Shown here: positions 9,406 to 19,201 of the stretch, piece by piece
Position numbering within the stretch: position 1 is the first letter of the stretch
Layout: each line of letters opens with the position of its first letter
Source: Nitrospinota bacterium
Lineage (GTDB): Bacteria; UBA8248
Assembly (NCBI GenBank): GCA_030754595.1
Contig: JASLZZ010000056.1
Coordinates: forward strand, 19,805 to 83,804
Direction: 5' to 3'
Length of the DNA stretch: 64,000 nucleotides
The notes under the pieces: generated by a model
Told to the model about the DNA's origin: nothing
Databases searched by the model: none
The model's input: the letters and a program-made list of their open reading frames with translations, nothing else
Position numbers and translations under genes: made by a program

Positions 9406-11349
9406 ATGCCCACCCCATCCGTGATCTGGCGTCCCAGCGAGGATTTTCTCGAAAACTCGAACATCGCGCGGCTGATGAAAAAGAACGGCGTTGCGGGCTA
9501 CCGGGAGCTGCTCGAGTGGTCGGTGGCGGACACGCGCCGGTTCTGGCGGGCGGTCACGGAAGACATGGGGGTGGCGTGGCAGCGGCCCTTCGATGAGGTA
9601 TTGGACGACAGCGGGGGCTTTCCCTGGGCGAAATGGTTCGTGGGCGGGGAGACGAACATCGCCCTCAACTGCATCGACCGGCATCTGGAAAAAAGAAAAG
9701 ATCAAACCGCCATCATCTGGGAGGGAGACGGCGGCGAGGTCCGAAAATTCACCTACGGCGAGATGGCGGCGGAGGTGGCAAGGCTCTCGAACGCCATGCG
9801 CGGGATGGGCATCAAGCCCGGCGACGCGGCGGGAATCTTCATGCCGATGATCCCCGAGACGGTATTTGCCATGTTCGCCTGCTTCAAGGTCGGCGCGGTG
9901 GCGATCCCGATTTTTTCGGGCTTCGGGCACGAAGCGGTGGCCGAGCGACTGAACCACGGCGGAGCGCTGGTGGTATTCACCTCGAACGGAGGGATGCGCC
10001 GGGGCAAGGAGGTCCCTGTCAAGGCGACGCTCGACCGGGCGCTCGAACTCGAAACGAAGGTGGAGCGGGTGGTCGTCTTCCCGCGCACGAAATTGGACGC
10101 GCCCATGAAGGCGGGCCGCGACCTGATGTGGGAGGCGTTCACCGCAGGACAATCCACCGAAACCAAAACCGAGCGGCTACCCGCCGAGGCGCGGGCGCTC
10201 ATTCTCTACACCTCGGGGACGACGGGCCGCCCGAAGGGCACGATACACACCCACGCGGGCCTGCTCGCAACGATGGCCAAAGAGGTTGGCTACTGCATGG
10301 ACTACCGCGAAGGCGAGGTTTTCTTCTGGGTGACCGACATCGGCTGGATGATGGGCCCCTGGGAGTTCGTCGGGGTGCAGTTCTACGGCGGAACCTATTT
10401 CATCTTCGACGGTGCGCCGAATTGGCCCGAACCCGACCGGCTCTGGCGGATGATCGCAGATCACCGAATTAACACCTTCGGCGTCGCGCCCACCGCGATT
10501 CGCGTCCTCGCATCCGCCGGGGACGAGTGGGTCGGGAAACACGACCTTTCGTCGCTGCGGATGCTGGGCTCGACGGGAGAACCCTGGGACCCGGAATCAT
10601 ACACGTGGTATTTCGAGAAGGTCGGCGGCGGGCGCTGCCCGATCATGAACATCTCGGGCGGGACGGAAGTCGCGGGCTGCCTGCTTCAGCCCTATCCCGT
10701 CGCCGAGCTTACGCCCTGCTCCCTCGGGGGACCGGCGCTCGGTGTGGACACGGACGTGTTCAGCGAGGACGGAAAACCCGTCCGGAACGAAATCGGCCAC
10801 CTCGTCTGCAAGCAACCGATGCCCTCGATGACGAAAAGTTTTCTGAACGACGACGAACGCTACATCGAGACGTATTTCTCGCGCTGGAAGGGCATTTGGT
10901 ATCACGGCGACTGGGCGAAGGTGGACGAAAACGGGCAGTGGTATCTCTTCGGCCGTTCGGACGACACCATCAACGTCGCAGGAAAGCGTGTGGGACCCGC
11001 CGAGGTCGAGGCCGCCCTTATCGGGCACCCCGCCGTCGTCGAGGCGGCCACCATCGGCACACCCCACCCCATCAAGGGGGAGGGGCTCACCTGTTTCGCC
11101 GTACTCTCGCCGGGATTCGAGGCGACCGACGCCCTGCGCGATGAACTCAAGGACGAGGCCGTTAAGTATCTGGGCAAGAGCCTCCGGCCCGAGGAGGTGA
11201 AGTTCGTCGAGGCCCTGCCCAAGACACGCTCAGCCAAGATCGTCCGCGGCGCGATCAAAAAGATCTACCTGGGCGAAGACCCAAGCGCCATCGACACCAG
11301 TTCCATCGAAGTACCCGAATTTCTGCTGGCCATCACCAAGGCTATCTGA
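9406..11349 (+). CDS. Acetate/short-chain acyl-CoA synthetase (paralog 2)
   Basis: YTSGTTGRPKG, STGEPW, GRSDDTIN, LPKTRSAKI; same length (647 aa) as paralog 1. Confidence 0.9.
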   Translation: MPTPSVIWRPSEDFLENSNIARLMKKNGVAGYRELLEWSVADTRRFWRAVTEDMGVAWQRPFDEVLDDSGGFPWAKWFVGGETNIALNCIDRHLEKRKDQTAIIWEGDGGEVRKFTYGEMAAEVARLSNAMRGMGIKPGDAAGIFMPMIPETVFAMFACFKVGAVAIPIFSGFGHEAVAERLNHGGALVVFTSNGGMRRGKEVPVKATLDRALELETKVERVVVFPRTKLDAPMKAGRDLMWEAFTAGQSTETKTERLPAEARALILYTSGTTGRPKGTIHTHAGLLATMAKEVGYCMDYREGEVFFWVTDIGWMMGPWEFVGVQFYGGTYFIFDGAPNWPEPDRLWRMIADHRINTFGVAPTAIRVLASAGDEWVGKHDLSSLRMLGSTGEPWDPESYTWYFEKVGGGRCPIMNISGGTEVAGCLLQPYPVAELTPCSLGGPALGVDTDVFSEDGKPVRNEIGHLVCKQPMPSMTKSFLNDDERYIETYFSRWKGIWYHGDWAKVDENGQWYLFGRSDDTINVAGKRVGPAEVEAALIGHPAVVEAATIGTPHPIKGEGLTCFAVLSPGFEATDALRDELKDEAVKYLGKSLRPEEVKFVEALPKTRSAKIVRGAIKKIYLGEDPSAIDTSSIEVPEFLLAITKAI

Positions 11350-11589
11350 CGCTTCGGCCCGGCAATTGCCCTCGTCCGAGGTCCGGTAACGAGGAAGCCG
11401 GGTTGCTCCACTCCCCCGAAAAATACGGTTTCGCTTAAATCGAGTTTAATAATTTGTATCTTGCTCCTGAACTCCACCCCCCAAAAAGATTTTTTCATTT
11501 CCAAAATAATTTTCCTCAATCGCTGGTATCCTATGAATGTTCTCCACGCTCTATGTGTGTTCTCCACACTTGGTTAACGGGAGAGACGA

Positions 11590-12420
11590 ATGAAACCCAC
11601 CGAACTGAACCTGACTCAAGAAGTCCTCGGGCACTCTCGTTTTCATTTCATCACCTACCCGGCGAGCGAAAGCGACCCGTCTCTTATCGACGGTCTGGAA
11701 GCCATCGAGAGGCGAATGGAGAACATGCACGTCATGGACGGCAACCCTACGACGGAAGCCTATCGAAGAGGCCGGTATCAGTATCTTCGAGCGGAACCCG
11801 GCGAGGGGGGAGACCGGGACATTTCTCACCCTGAAATGTCAGGAGCCAATATTCTCATCCACACCGAATCCTCATCTTCCGACTCCCTCGTTTCCTACGA
11901 AGAGGGCCTCCGCGCACTCGTTGAGAACCGCGGCGGCTCCGTGGAGACCCTGGCCGGCATTCGAAAGCCTCGGAGCTATACGAGCTATGCCATGACCCAG
12001 TACTCCTACACCCGCGCCCTTCCGCCGGGTTCGGGCCTACGCTTACCCATCGGAGTTGTCACCCCCCAGAACAAAACCAGGGATTGGTGGAAGATGGACT
12101 GGATGCGGCGCGAGAGTTTCTTCCTCCCCCGCTACGACGCGGAGGGAAACATCACCGCTAAAGGCCACGCCCTGGCTTCCGAGGCCGGAATACCCTGCCT
12201 CAATCGCCGGCTCGTTCATCACCCCGACGGGTATGGGCAAAAAACCGGGTACGACTTCGTGGGCTACTTCGAATTCGCCGAAGAAGACGCGGATACGTTT
12301 CGTTCCGTCATGGCCGAACTCCGAAACAAATCGGTCAACCCCGAGTGGAATTATGTCCAGGAGGGCCCCGAATGGTGGGGGCGCCGCGTTGCGCGACCGC
12401 AGGATCTGTGGAGGAAATAA
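11590..12420 (+). CDS. Chlorite dismutase/HemQ (CDE superfamily)-like heme protein
   Basis: PQNKTRDWW ~ Cld PVKKxxEWW; His followed 13 residues later by Arg (GHALASEAGIPCLNRR); YDFVGYFE ~ DFITYFE. Confidence 0.6.
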   Translation: MKPTELNLTQEVLGHSRFHFITYPASESDPSLIDGLEAIERRMENMHVMDGNPTTEAYRRGRYQYLRAEPGEGGDRDISHPEMSGANILIHTESSSSDSLVSYEEGLRALVENRGGSVETLAGIRKPRSYTSYAMTQYSYTRALPPGSGLRLPIGVVTPQNKTRDWWKMDWMRRESFFLPRYDAEGNITAKGHALASEAGIPCLNRRLVHHPDGYGQKTGYDFVGYFEFAEEDADTFRSVMAELRNKSVNPEWNYVQEGPEWWGRRVARPQDLWRK

Positions 12421-12510
12421 TATAGATTTTGTGCTATTTATTGGAGGAGTCGAGGAGATGAAAATAAAAATTACTCAACCTCTTGAAAAATTGAACCATG
12501 GGATTTTCAA

Positions 12511-13059
12511 ATGGCTTTTAGAAGCAAAACCTATGTGACGTACAACAACGATTATACCCGGAAACCGAAATCCGACGATATCCAGTGCGTCAGACAACTG
12601 ATGGATTGGAAGGTTCGAGACGAGGCGCATATCAGTTTTATCAACGCCATGGAGAAGGCGGCCGCCACCGCCGACGAGAGCCAGCAACTTAAATTGGTCC
12701 ATGCGATCAAAAACCGGCTGGCGAATTCGACCAACTTCCTTTTGATCATGAGCTCCACGGACAAAGAGGAAACGCCCTGGGTGAGATTTGAAATCGAATG
12801 GGCGGTCGATCAGTGCAAGATTTCGATTATCGCGGCCTACCAAGGCTACGATTCTATCCTTTCAGCGGGAGAGCTCGAACACCACTGGCCCCCTTCTTTC
12901 GACATGAGAATCAGAAACGGTACCGCGCAGGCTGTCCATATCCCCTTCAAGGCCGAGCTTCTCCAGAGGGCGGTCGGCCAGTTCGACAAGGACAACCAAC
13001 CCAAGGGAGGCCTAAGCGCCTACACCAAGGGGGCGTATGAGCGCTGGGGGCTGGAATAG
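12511..13059 (+). CDS. TIR-domain protein, ThsB/DUF1863-like
   Basis: MAFRSKTYV N-terminus, IKNRLANS..LLIM, WVRFEIEWAVD with the TIR catalytic Glu, HIPFK. Confidence 0.7.
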   Translation: MAFRSKTYVTYNNDYTRKPKSDDIQCVRQLMDWKVRDEAHISFINAMEKAAATADESQQLKLVHAIKNRLANSTNFLLIMSSTDKEETPWVRFEIEWAVDQCKISIIAAYQGYDSILSAGELEHHWPPSFDMRIRNGTAQAVHIPFKAELLQRAVGQFDKDNQPKGGLSAYTKGAYERWGLE

Positions 13060-13134
13060 TCCGAGGGACCGCCTCTCCGTTCATCTCGTTTCGCCGGCTT
13101 CAGTTCAGATTAGAAACGATCTTGATTGTGCCAA

Positions 13135-13365
13135 TACACCACAAAACCTGCTCGACACTGAAGCCCGGGCCCATCGTCAACTAAAAACCCGTGTCTCCGT
13201 CCCTCGCTCGGCCGAAACGGAGAATTTCATCCAGGATCATCAAAACCGTCAATGAGGACATGTTTCCGCATTCCTCGAGGATTTTTTTAAAAAATAGAGG
13301 GCTTCGTCCGCCACGTTGACTTTGTCCCGGTAAACCTCGAGGATTCGCTTCCCTCCCAAGCCGCA
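13135..13365 (-). pseudogene. C-terminal relic of a type III polyketide synthase (chalcone-synthase-like)
   Basis: Across a frameshift and a TAG: GGKRILEVYRDKVNVADEALY / KKILEECGNMSSLTVLMILDEIL...GDTGF*LTMGPGFSVEQVL (GNMSS and GPGF motifs); boundaries approximate. Confidence 0.7.
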
Positions 13366-13663
13366 AGGAAATTTTTCTCAACCTCCATGAAGCGTGGAAA
13401 TGAGAATAGTGGAGCCAGTTCCTGCGTAGCAAATACCGGCAAGGAAACGGAAATAGAGAGGGTGTCAAAGCTCTCCCGAGGACACCTGCAGGGCTTGTAT
13501 CGCTCGCCGGGGGGCCTTATTCTTGCACCTTCGCTGAGGCAACTGCTCCGGCAAGCCAACGCTCTTTTGACCTGTTTTTCGGACCCGCGGTGAGCGGATA
13601 TCGAATCCGCCAGCCTCGCCTGGAATCCACAATCAAATCATCATTTTATTATCGGGATATTTC

Positions 13664-14404
13664 GTGAATATTTCTCTTTTCGACCTCGCCGCCATCGCCA
13701 TTGGGGCCTTCGGTGTCGGTTTCTTCAAGTCCACCTTCAGCATGGCCGTAGGGCTGGTGCTCGTTCCCGTGATGGTAATTTTCTGGCCGACACGATTTAT
13801 TATCGGAATTATCGCTATTCACATGTTCATTTCGGACTACGCCGTGATCCGCTTGTTCTGGAAACAGTGGGATTGGCGGCTCGCCAAACTCGTGATTCCT
13901 GGTGTTTGCATCGGAATCGTCGCTGGGACGGCCACGTTGGTGAACCTGCCCGACTACTGGATTCGAAAATTCATCGGAATCGGTTGCCTCATTTTCATTT
14001 CCATTCAGGGTTGGTCCGAGATCAAGGGCGGGCTTCCGACTCCGCGAATTGGGCGAAGGGCCGGGTTTGCCATCGGTGTCATCGGGGGGATCATAAGCGC
14101 CATGACCCACACGGGCGGAACCGTATTTACGCTTTACCTGCTCAGCCAAGGAGTAAAGAAGGTCAACCTGGTCGCAACGATTATCGTCATCTGGATCTTC
14201 GTCAATCCGCTCAAGGTTAGCTCGTACTACGTCGGCGGGCTGGTGGGCAACAAAATACTCATCGCCGGGATGGCTTCTATCCCCCTCGCCTTCCTGGGTG
14301 GTTGGATCGGACGCGGGCTGCTCGACCGGATGTCCCAACGATTTTTCAACACGGCGATACTTTTTTTTGCGCTGGCGGCAGCCGCGCGTCTCCTCTGGGA
14401 GTAA
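13664..14404 (+). CDS. TauE/SafE family exporter (paralog 1)
   Basis: Hydrophobic ~8-TM protein with GFFKSTFSMAVG and THTGG in TauE-like pattern. Confidence 0.75.
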   Translation: MNISLFDLAAIAIGAFGVGFFKSTFSMAVGLVLVPVMVIFWPTRFIIGIIAIHMFISDYAVIRLFWKQWDWRLAKLVIPGVCIGIVAGTATLVNLPDYWIRKFIGIGCLIFISIQGWSEIKGGLPTPRIGRRAGFAIGVIGGIISAMTHTGGTVFTLYLLSQGVKKVNLVATIIVIWIFVNPLKVSSYYVGGLVGNKILIAGMASIPLAFLGGWIGRGLLDRMSQRFFNTAILFFALAAAARLLWE

Positions 14405-14408
14405 GAAG

Positions 14409-15158
14409 ATGCCCGACTTCTCTCCCGCCCAATGGGTTTTGATATGCATCGGCGCTTTCGGAAACGGTTTTCTCAAGCGAGTCTTCGGCGCAGGCGTCGG
14501 CATCACGTTGATGCCCATCCTCGCCATCTCCTTTCCCGCCAAATTCTCACTTGTTTTTCTTGCGCTATGCACTACCTGGGTGGACATAGGGATTTCCCGC
14601 TCGATGTGGGACCACTGGGACCGCCGGACAACTTTTCTTTTCCTTCCCGGAATGATCGCCGGGATCGTTTTCGGCGGCTGGGTGCTAACCTGGGTCCCCG
14701 AATATGAACTTCGATTGTTCATCGGCGGTCTATGCGGGTTAATCGCCGGATATCAAATTTTTATCGAACTCAAGGGAAGGCCGCCGAAAATTCCGACGAT
14801 TCCTGTTTGGGCGGGAGTTGGCATCGGTTCAATCAGCGGAATAAATTCCACCATCGCCAATGCCGGCGCCACCCTCCTTGTCCCTATCATGATCAGCCAG
14901 AGTATCGCTCCTCGAATGATCGTCGGAACCATCTGGGCGATATTCCTGCTCTTGAATCCTCTGAGAGCCATGGCTTACTGGAATGCGGGTATCCTCACCC
15001 GCTCGGTAATAACCGCCACGGTATTAGCGATTCCGCTGCTCTGGGCAGGGGTCCGAACAGGCGCCTGGCTCCAGCCCAGACTCCCTCGCAGGGCATTTAA
15101 TCTGATTGTGCTCTCAATCGCACTGGCAGGTTCGATTTACATCGTTGTCAACAACTAA
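14409..15158 (+). CDS. TauE/SafE family exporter (paralog 2)
   Basis: GFLKRVFGAGVG, ANAG, C-terminal PRRAFNLIVL; ATG 4 nt after the upstream stop. Confidence 0.75.
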   Translation: MPDFSPAQWVLICIGAFGNGFLKRVFGAGVGITLMPILAISFPAKFSLVFLALCTTWVDIGISRSMWDHWDRRTTFLFLPGMIAGIVFGGWVLTWVPEYELRLFIGGLCGLIAGYQIFIELKGRPPKIPTIPVWAGVGIGSISGINSTIANAGATLLVPIMISQSIAPRMIVGTIWAIFLLLNPLRAMAYWNAGILTRSVITATVLAIPLLWAGVRTGAWLQPRLPRRAFNLIVLSIALAGSIYIVVNN

Positions 15159-15230
15159 CGAGGGTGTCCGAAAATCCCGAGACATCCCCCCCCCTTCACC
15201 AAAAAAAACACCAGGCGGCGGAATCCGCTT

Positions 15231-16383
15231 TTACGTCCATGGCTCGGCGGAAATAACGTAGGCGGTCAATTCCGCGTGAAGCGCCTCGGGCTCAATGGGA
15301 AGGACGACGGGTTTTTTCCGCTTGGCGGAAAGATCGCAGGCCATCGTGAGGAGAAGGTTGCGCTGACCTTCGGCCCCGGTCGCGTGCGGGGTCTTGATGC
15401 CGGTATAGATGTGCGCCAGCCAGGCGTTCGACTCCTCCCGCATGGGCCCCCAAAACTGCCCGTCGGAAATATCCCCCGCCGGGTAACTCCAGAGCAGATG
15501 AACATTGCGCTTGTCCCCCTCCCCTCGGTGGGAGGGCAACGGTTTCTCGGTCGCCATGATCGTATCGGCGTGCGTATCGTCGATTGTCAGCGCTCCCTCG
15601 GTGCCGATGATACCCACCGTCAGGGAGTAGGTCGAGGCGGGCCAATTGATCGGCATCCCCCAGCTACAGTCCATACTCCAGATGCTTCCGTCGTCGAAGG
15701 TGAAGATGTTGAAGGTGGCATCCTGGGTACCAAGGCCCACCATCGTCCTTGTCACCGAACGTGAGGTGACCTCGACCAGTTGTTTCGAGTTTCCAAGGAT
15801 GAACAGCGATGCGTCGAGGGCGTGTGTTCCCGATATCACCATCGGGCTCAGCAGTGAACGGTCCTCGTTTCTCCCGAGGCGGACGACGCCGACCATCTGG
15901 TTAACAAACGCGCGGGTCGCGGCCGAGGTGATATCCCCGAGGCGGCCTTGAGCGACATGCTCTCTTGCGGTAAACCACCGCCGCCGGAAACGCTGGGTGT
16001 AGCCCACCAAAAGCTCGGCCCCGGCCTCCTCGTCGGCCGCCACCACCTTGGCGGATTCGACGACATTGGTCGCCAGGGGTTTTTCGACGAGTATCCTGTG
16101 TCCGCCCTCGATTGAGGCAAGGAGGTTCCTGGCATGCCACTCTTCGTCGGTGGCGATAATCGAGGCGTTCACATCGGAACGTTTCAATAGCTCCTTGTAG
16201 TCCGTCGTAAAAAAAATCCGCATCAAAATCCTCGGCGAGTTTCTTTCCTTTTTTTTCGTCGATGTCGCAGAGACCGATCCGTTCCGTGCCCGGGTACTCG
16301 CGCGCACATCTGCCCCGAATGGCCCCTATTTTTCCGCAACCCACGATCGCCAGATCAATCGGATTTTTTTCAAGTTTACTCAT
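15231..16383 (-). pseudogene. Gfo/Idh/MocA family oxidoreductase with a +1 frameshift in a T8 run (16209-16216)
   Basis: N-terminal IVGCGKIG in ORF 15901-16383 and LVEKPLA, GYTQRF, GTHALD in ORF 15231-16307; removing one T joins DADFF to TTDYKELL. Confidence 0.8.
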
Positions 16384-16461
16384 CGCCGGCTCCCATGAAA
16401 AATAAGGCCATATGAAAAAAACTCTCTAATGAATAAAATTTGTTTTGAATTTATGAAATCG

Positions 16462-18231
16462 CTACCACCCCGCAGCGCAGGACGCCCTGCGGGCATCCGC
16501 CCCGCCGAGGAGAACACCCTCCTTCGGGTCCCGCACGATGCAGCAGACACTCCCGAGTTGGCGGCTGTAGTCGGGAAGCTCTTCCGGCTTGTAGCCGCGC
16601 TCTTTGAGAATATCGCCCGATTCCCGGCCGATGCGATCTTCGATTATCAAGCGGCCCGGGTTGTAGGTGTGCGGCCAGAACGAGTTCGGAAAGTTATAGG
16701 TCGCAATTCGCTGGGCCTCGACCGCCACCTGGGGGAGCATCCCGAACTCGACAACATTTAAAAACACCTGAATCATCGCCTGGGGTTGGACGTCCCCGCC
16801 CGGAGTCCCGAAAGTCATGAAAATCTCGCCATCCTTGAGCGCAAGGGCCGGGCTGGGCGTGAGGCGGGGTCGTTTCCAAGGGGCAACTACACTGGGGTGG
16901 CCCTCCTCGAGCCAGCTCTGAGAACCCCTCGAGGAAACCGTGCAACCCACTCCCGGAATGATGGGCGTATCGGCGGAGGAGTCCGAAGGCGTAGCGGAAA
17001 AAGCGTTCCCATCGGAGTCGATAACCGTGCAATAAGAAGTGTCCTGGACCGGCTCGGCGGCTTCTGCCGCGGCCACGGGCTGCCCGGGAGCTCCGTTTTG
17101 AGGCTCCATTTTTCCACTCTGAAACGCCCAGGGGTCTCCGGCCGGCGCCAATCCCTCAAAAGCCACCCGTCGTTCGAGGAGTTTCTCCCGCGTCGCCGCA
17201 TAGTCTTTCGAGATAATCCCCTCGATGGGCACCCGAAGGAACTCCGGGTCGCCGTAATAGCGGTCCCGATCGGCAAAGGAAAGCTCAAGAGCTGTAATCA
17301 GGCGATGGAGATAATCGGGATAATTATGCCCCAGCGAGACCAAATCGGCGGATTCGAGCAGATTGAGCGTCGCCGGGAGGATTGGCCCCTGACACCAGGG
17401 GCCGCATCCATACACCTCATAACCCCTGAAATCCGTCATGACGGGCTCTTCCTCTTTCACCGCGCAGTCGGCCATGTCCTCCATCGTCAGCCGCCCGCCG
17501 CCCGCCTGAACGAAATCGACGACACGCCTCGCCGTCTCCCCCTTGAAAATTTCTTCGCGGGCCGCGCGGAGGCCGCCGCTTCTTCCGCCCGGGGCCTTTT
17601 CCTCGGCGCGGACCATTCGCTTCATCGTTTCGGCGAGGTCAGGCATGACGACCTTGCCACCCGGCGGGATGACCTCCCCGTCCCGGAAAAAGATTTTCCG
17701 GGTCTCCTCGAACTGGCCATATGCCTCGCGTAGCGCGAACAGGTGCTCGTAGAGGACCGGGTACATCGAAAAACCGCTCTCGGCCAATGCGATGGCGTCC
17801 CCGGCGGCCTCGGCGAATGTCTTCGTGCCGTAGCGATCTAGAGCCGAAATCCACGCGTCAACCGCCGCCGGAGTGACCGTCCTCCGGACCCCAATGGGAA
17901 TCTCGCCCCCGCAGTTTTTTTCGAACCATTCCCGGGTCACCGCCTTGGGCCAGCGGCCCAGGCCGTCGATTGAAACAACGCGGTTTTCTTTCTTGAGGCA
18001 GATGATTATCGGCGCCACCCCGAGGAACGACGTGAAATCAGCCAGGAGCACATTGAGGCAGATACCGGCGGCGACCCCGGCATCGATAGCATTGCCTCCT
18101 TTTTCGAGAATGCGGAGCGACGCCCGGGTGGCCAAGGGGTGGCCCGAGGAGGCCATGACCTGGCGGCCCATGGCCTGGGAGCGATGGGCGACGTATTCTT
18201 TTCCGTCCGAGGTAATGTGGCGAAACGACAT
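16462..18231 (-). CDS. Gamma-glutamyltransferase family protein
   Basis: GGNAIDAGVAA, QDTSY (nucleophile Thr), KRPRLTPSP, GTPGGDVQPQ, GGADARR. Confidence 0.9.
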   Translation of the reverse strand: MSFRHITSDGKEYVAHRSQAMGRQVMASSGHPLATRASLRILEKGGNAIDAGVAAGICLNVLLADFTSFLGVAPIIICLKKENRVVSIDGLGRWPKAVTREWFEKNCGGEIPIGVRRTVTPAAVDAWISALDRYGTKTFAEAAGDAIALAESGFSMYPVLYEHLFALREAYGQFEETRKIFFRDGEVIPPGGKVVMPDLAETMKRMVRAEEKAPGGRSGGLRAAREEIFKGETARRVVDFVQAGGGRLTMEDMADCAVKEEEPVMTDFRGYEVYGCGPWCQGPILPATLNLLESADLVSLGHNYPDYLHRLITALELSFADRDRYYGDPEFLRVPIEGIISKDYAATREKLLERRVAFEGLAPAGDPWAFQSGKMEPQNGAPGQPVAAAEAAEPVQDTSYCTVIDSDGNAFSATPSDSSADTPIIPGVGCTVSSRGSQSWLEEGHPSVVAPWKRPRLTPSPALALKDGEIFMTFGTPGGDVQPQAMIQVFLNVVEFGMLPQVAVEAQRIATYNFPNSFWPHTYNPGRLIIEDRIGRESGDILKERGYKPEELPDYSRQLGSVCCIVRDPKEGVLLGGADARRASCAAGW

Positions 18232-18275
18232 GTCGGCCCCTCAGATGAGTTGATGGGTGGATGAAAAATAATCTA

Positions 18276-19157
18276 TCAGGATCCCCGCCTCTTGTCCGCA
18301 TTGACCAGGAAAATACCCGCGGCGACCAGAGCCGCGCCACCCAACATAAAAGCGGTCAACGGCTCCGCAAGAATCAACCCGCTCAGAAAAACACCGAAAA
18401 CGGGAGTCAAGAACATGAACGCGCTAACCCGGCTGGGTGGGTAATCGGCGAGCAGTTTGACCCATAGCACCATGACGAATCCGGTACCCACCAAGCCGTT
18501 ATAGGCGACGTTCATGCTTATAAGCGGATTGCCGAAGTCAGGAATTTGAATTCCCCGAAATGACGCAAGAACGAGGAACATCGGAACAGCGATGAGCTGG
18601 GTCCAGGCCGTAATTCGAAAGGGATCGATTCCCTGAAGATTGACCCTGAGGTAGAGAGACTGCACCCCCCAGAAAAAAGCGCCGATCAAAACGAGCCCGT
18701 CCCCGAGAACGCTGTAGTCTCCGCCGCCAGTCATTTTTTCGCTAAATAGAACGATAATTCCGCCAAAGGCGGCGGCGAAGCCCAATAGCGAGCGCAAGCC
18801 GAGCCGCTCGCCGGGGATGAAATAGGCGGCCAGTGCGGTATAGATAAGCGGCTGGGTGTAAACGAAAACAGATGTTCGCCCCGAGGTCGTCAATGCGGCG
18901 CCGGGATAGACAAAAACAAACAGAAGGTTGTGCAGGATCGTGTTCCACCAGAAAGCAGGACGGCCGCGGGGAGGCCGCCACGGAGTTCCTTTGTAGGCGA
19001 TTAGGGCAAAGATCAACGAGGCGGAAATGATGCTTCTGATCCACAAGAAGTTAAATGGATCGATGAGCCCGAGACCCACCTTGATTGAGGGGAAACTCAG
19101 ACCCCATAGAAACGTAACCGCCCCGATAAGCACATAAAACATCAAAGCGAAAAACAC
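18276..19157 (-). CDS. DMT/EamA family transporter
   Basis: About 10 TM; YTQP, PGERL and SAFMFLTPVFGV are similar to the DMT at 2984. Confidence 0.85.
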   Translation of the reverse strand: MFFALMFYVLIGAVTFLWGLSFPSIKVGLGLIDPFNFLWIRSIISASLIFALIAYKGTPWRPPRGRPAFWWNTILHNLLFVFVYPGAALTTSGRTSVFVYTQPLIYTALAAYFIPGERLGLRSLLGFAAAFGGIIVLFSEKMTGGGDYSVLGDGLVLIGAFFWGVQSLYLRVNLQGIDPFRITAWTQLIAVPMFLVLASFRGIQIPDFGNPLISMNVAYNGLVGTGFVMVLWVKLLADYPPSRVSAFMFLTPVFGVFLSGLILAEPLTAFMLGGAALVAAGIFLVNADKRRGS

Positions 19158-19201
19158 CCTTCCCGGAAACGCGGGAAACTCACCCCCGGATTTCTCAACG
19201 A

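Noticed and set aside
13380..13660. Possible riboswitch upstream of the TauE pair
   Set aside because: Some pairing potential but no recognisable conserved riboswitch motif; needs an Rfam search
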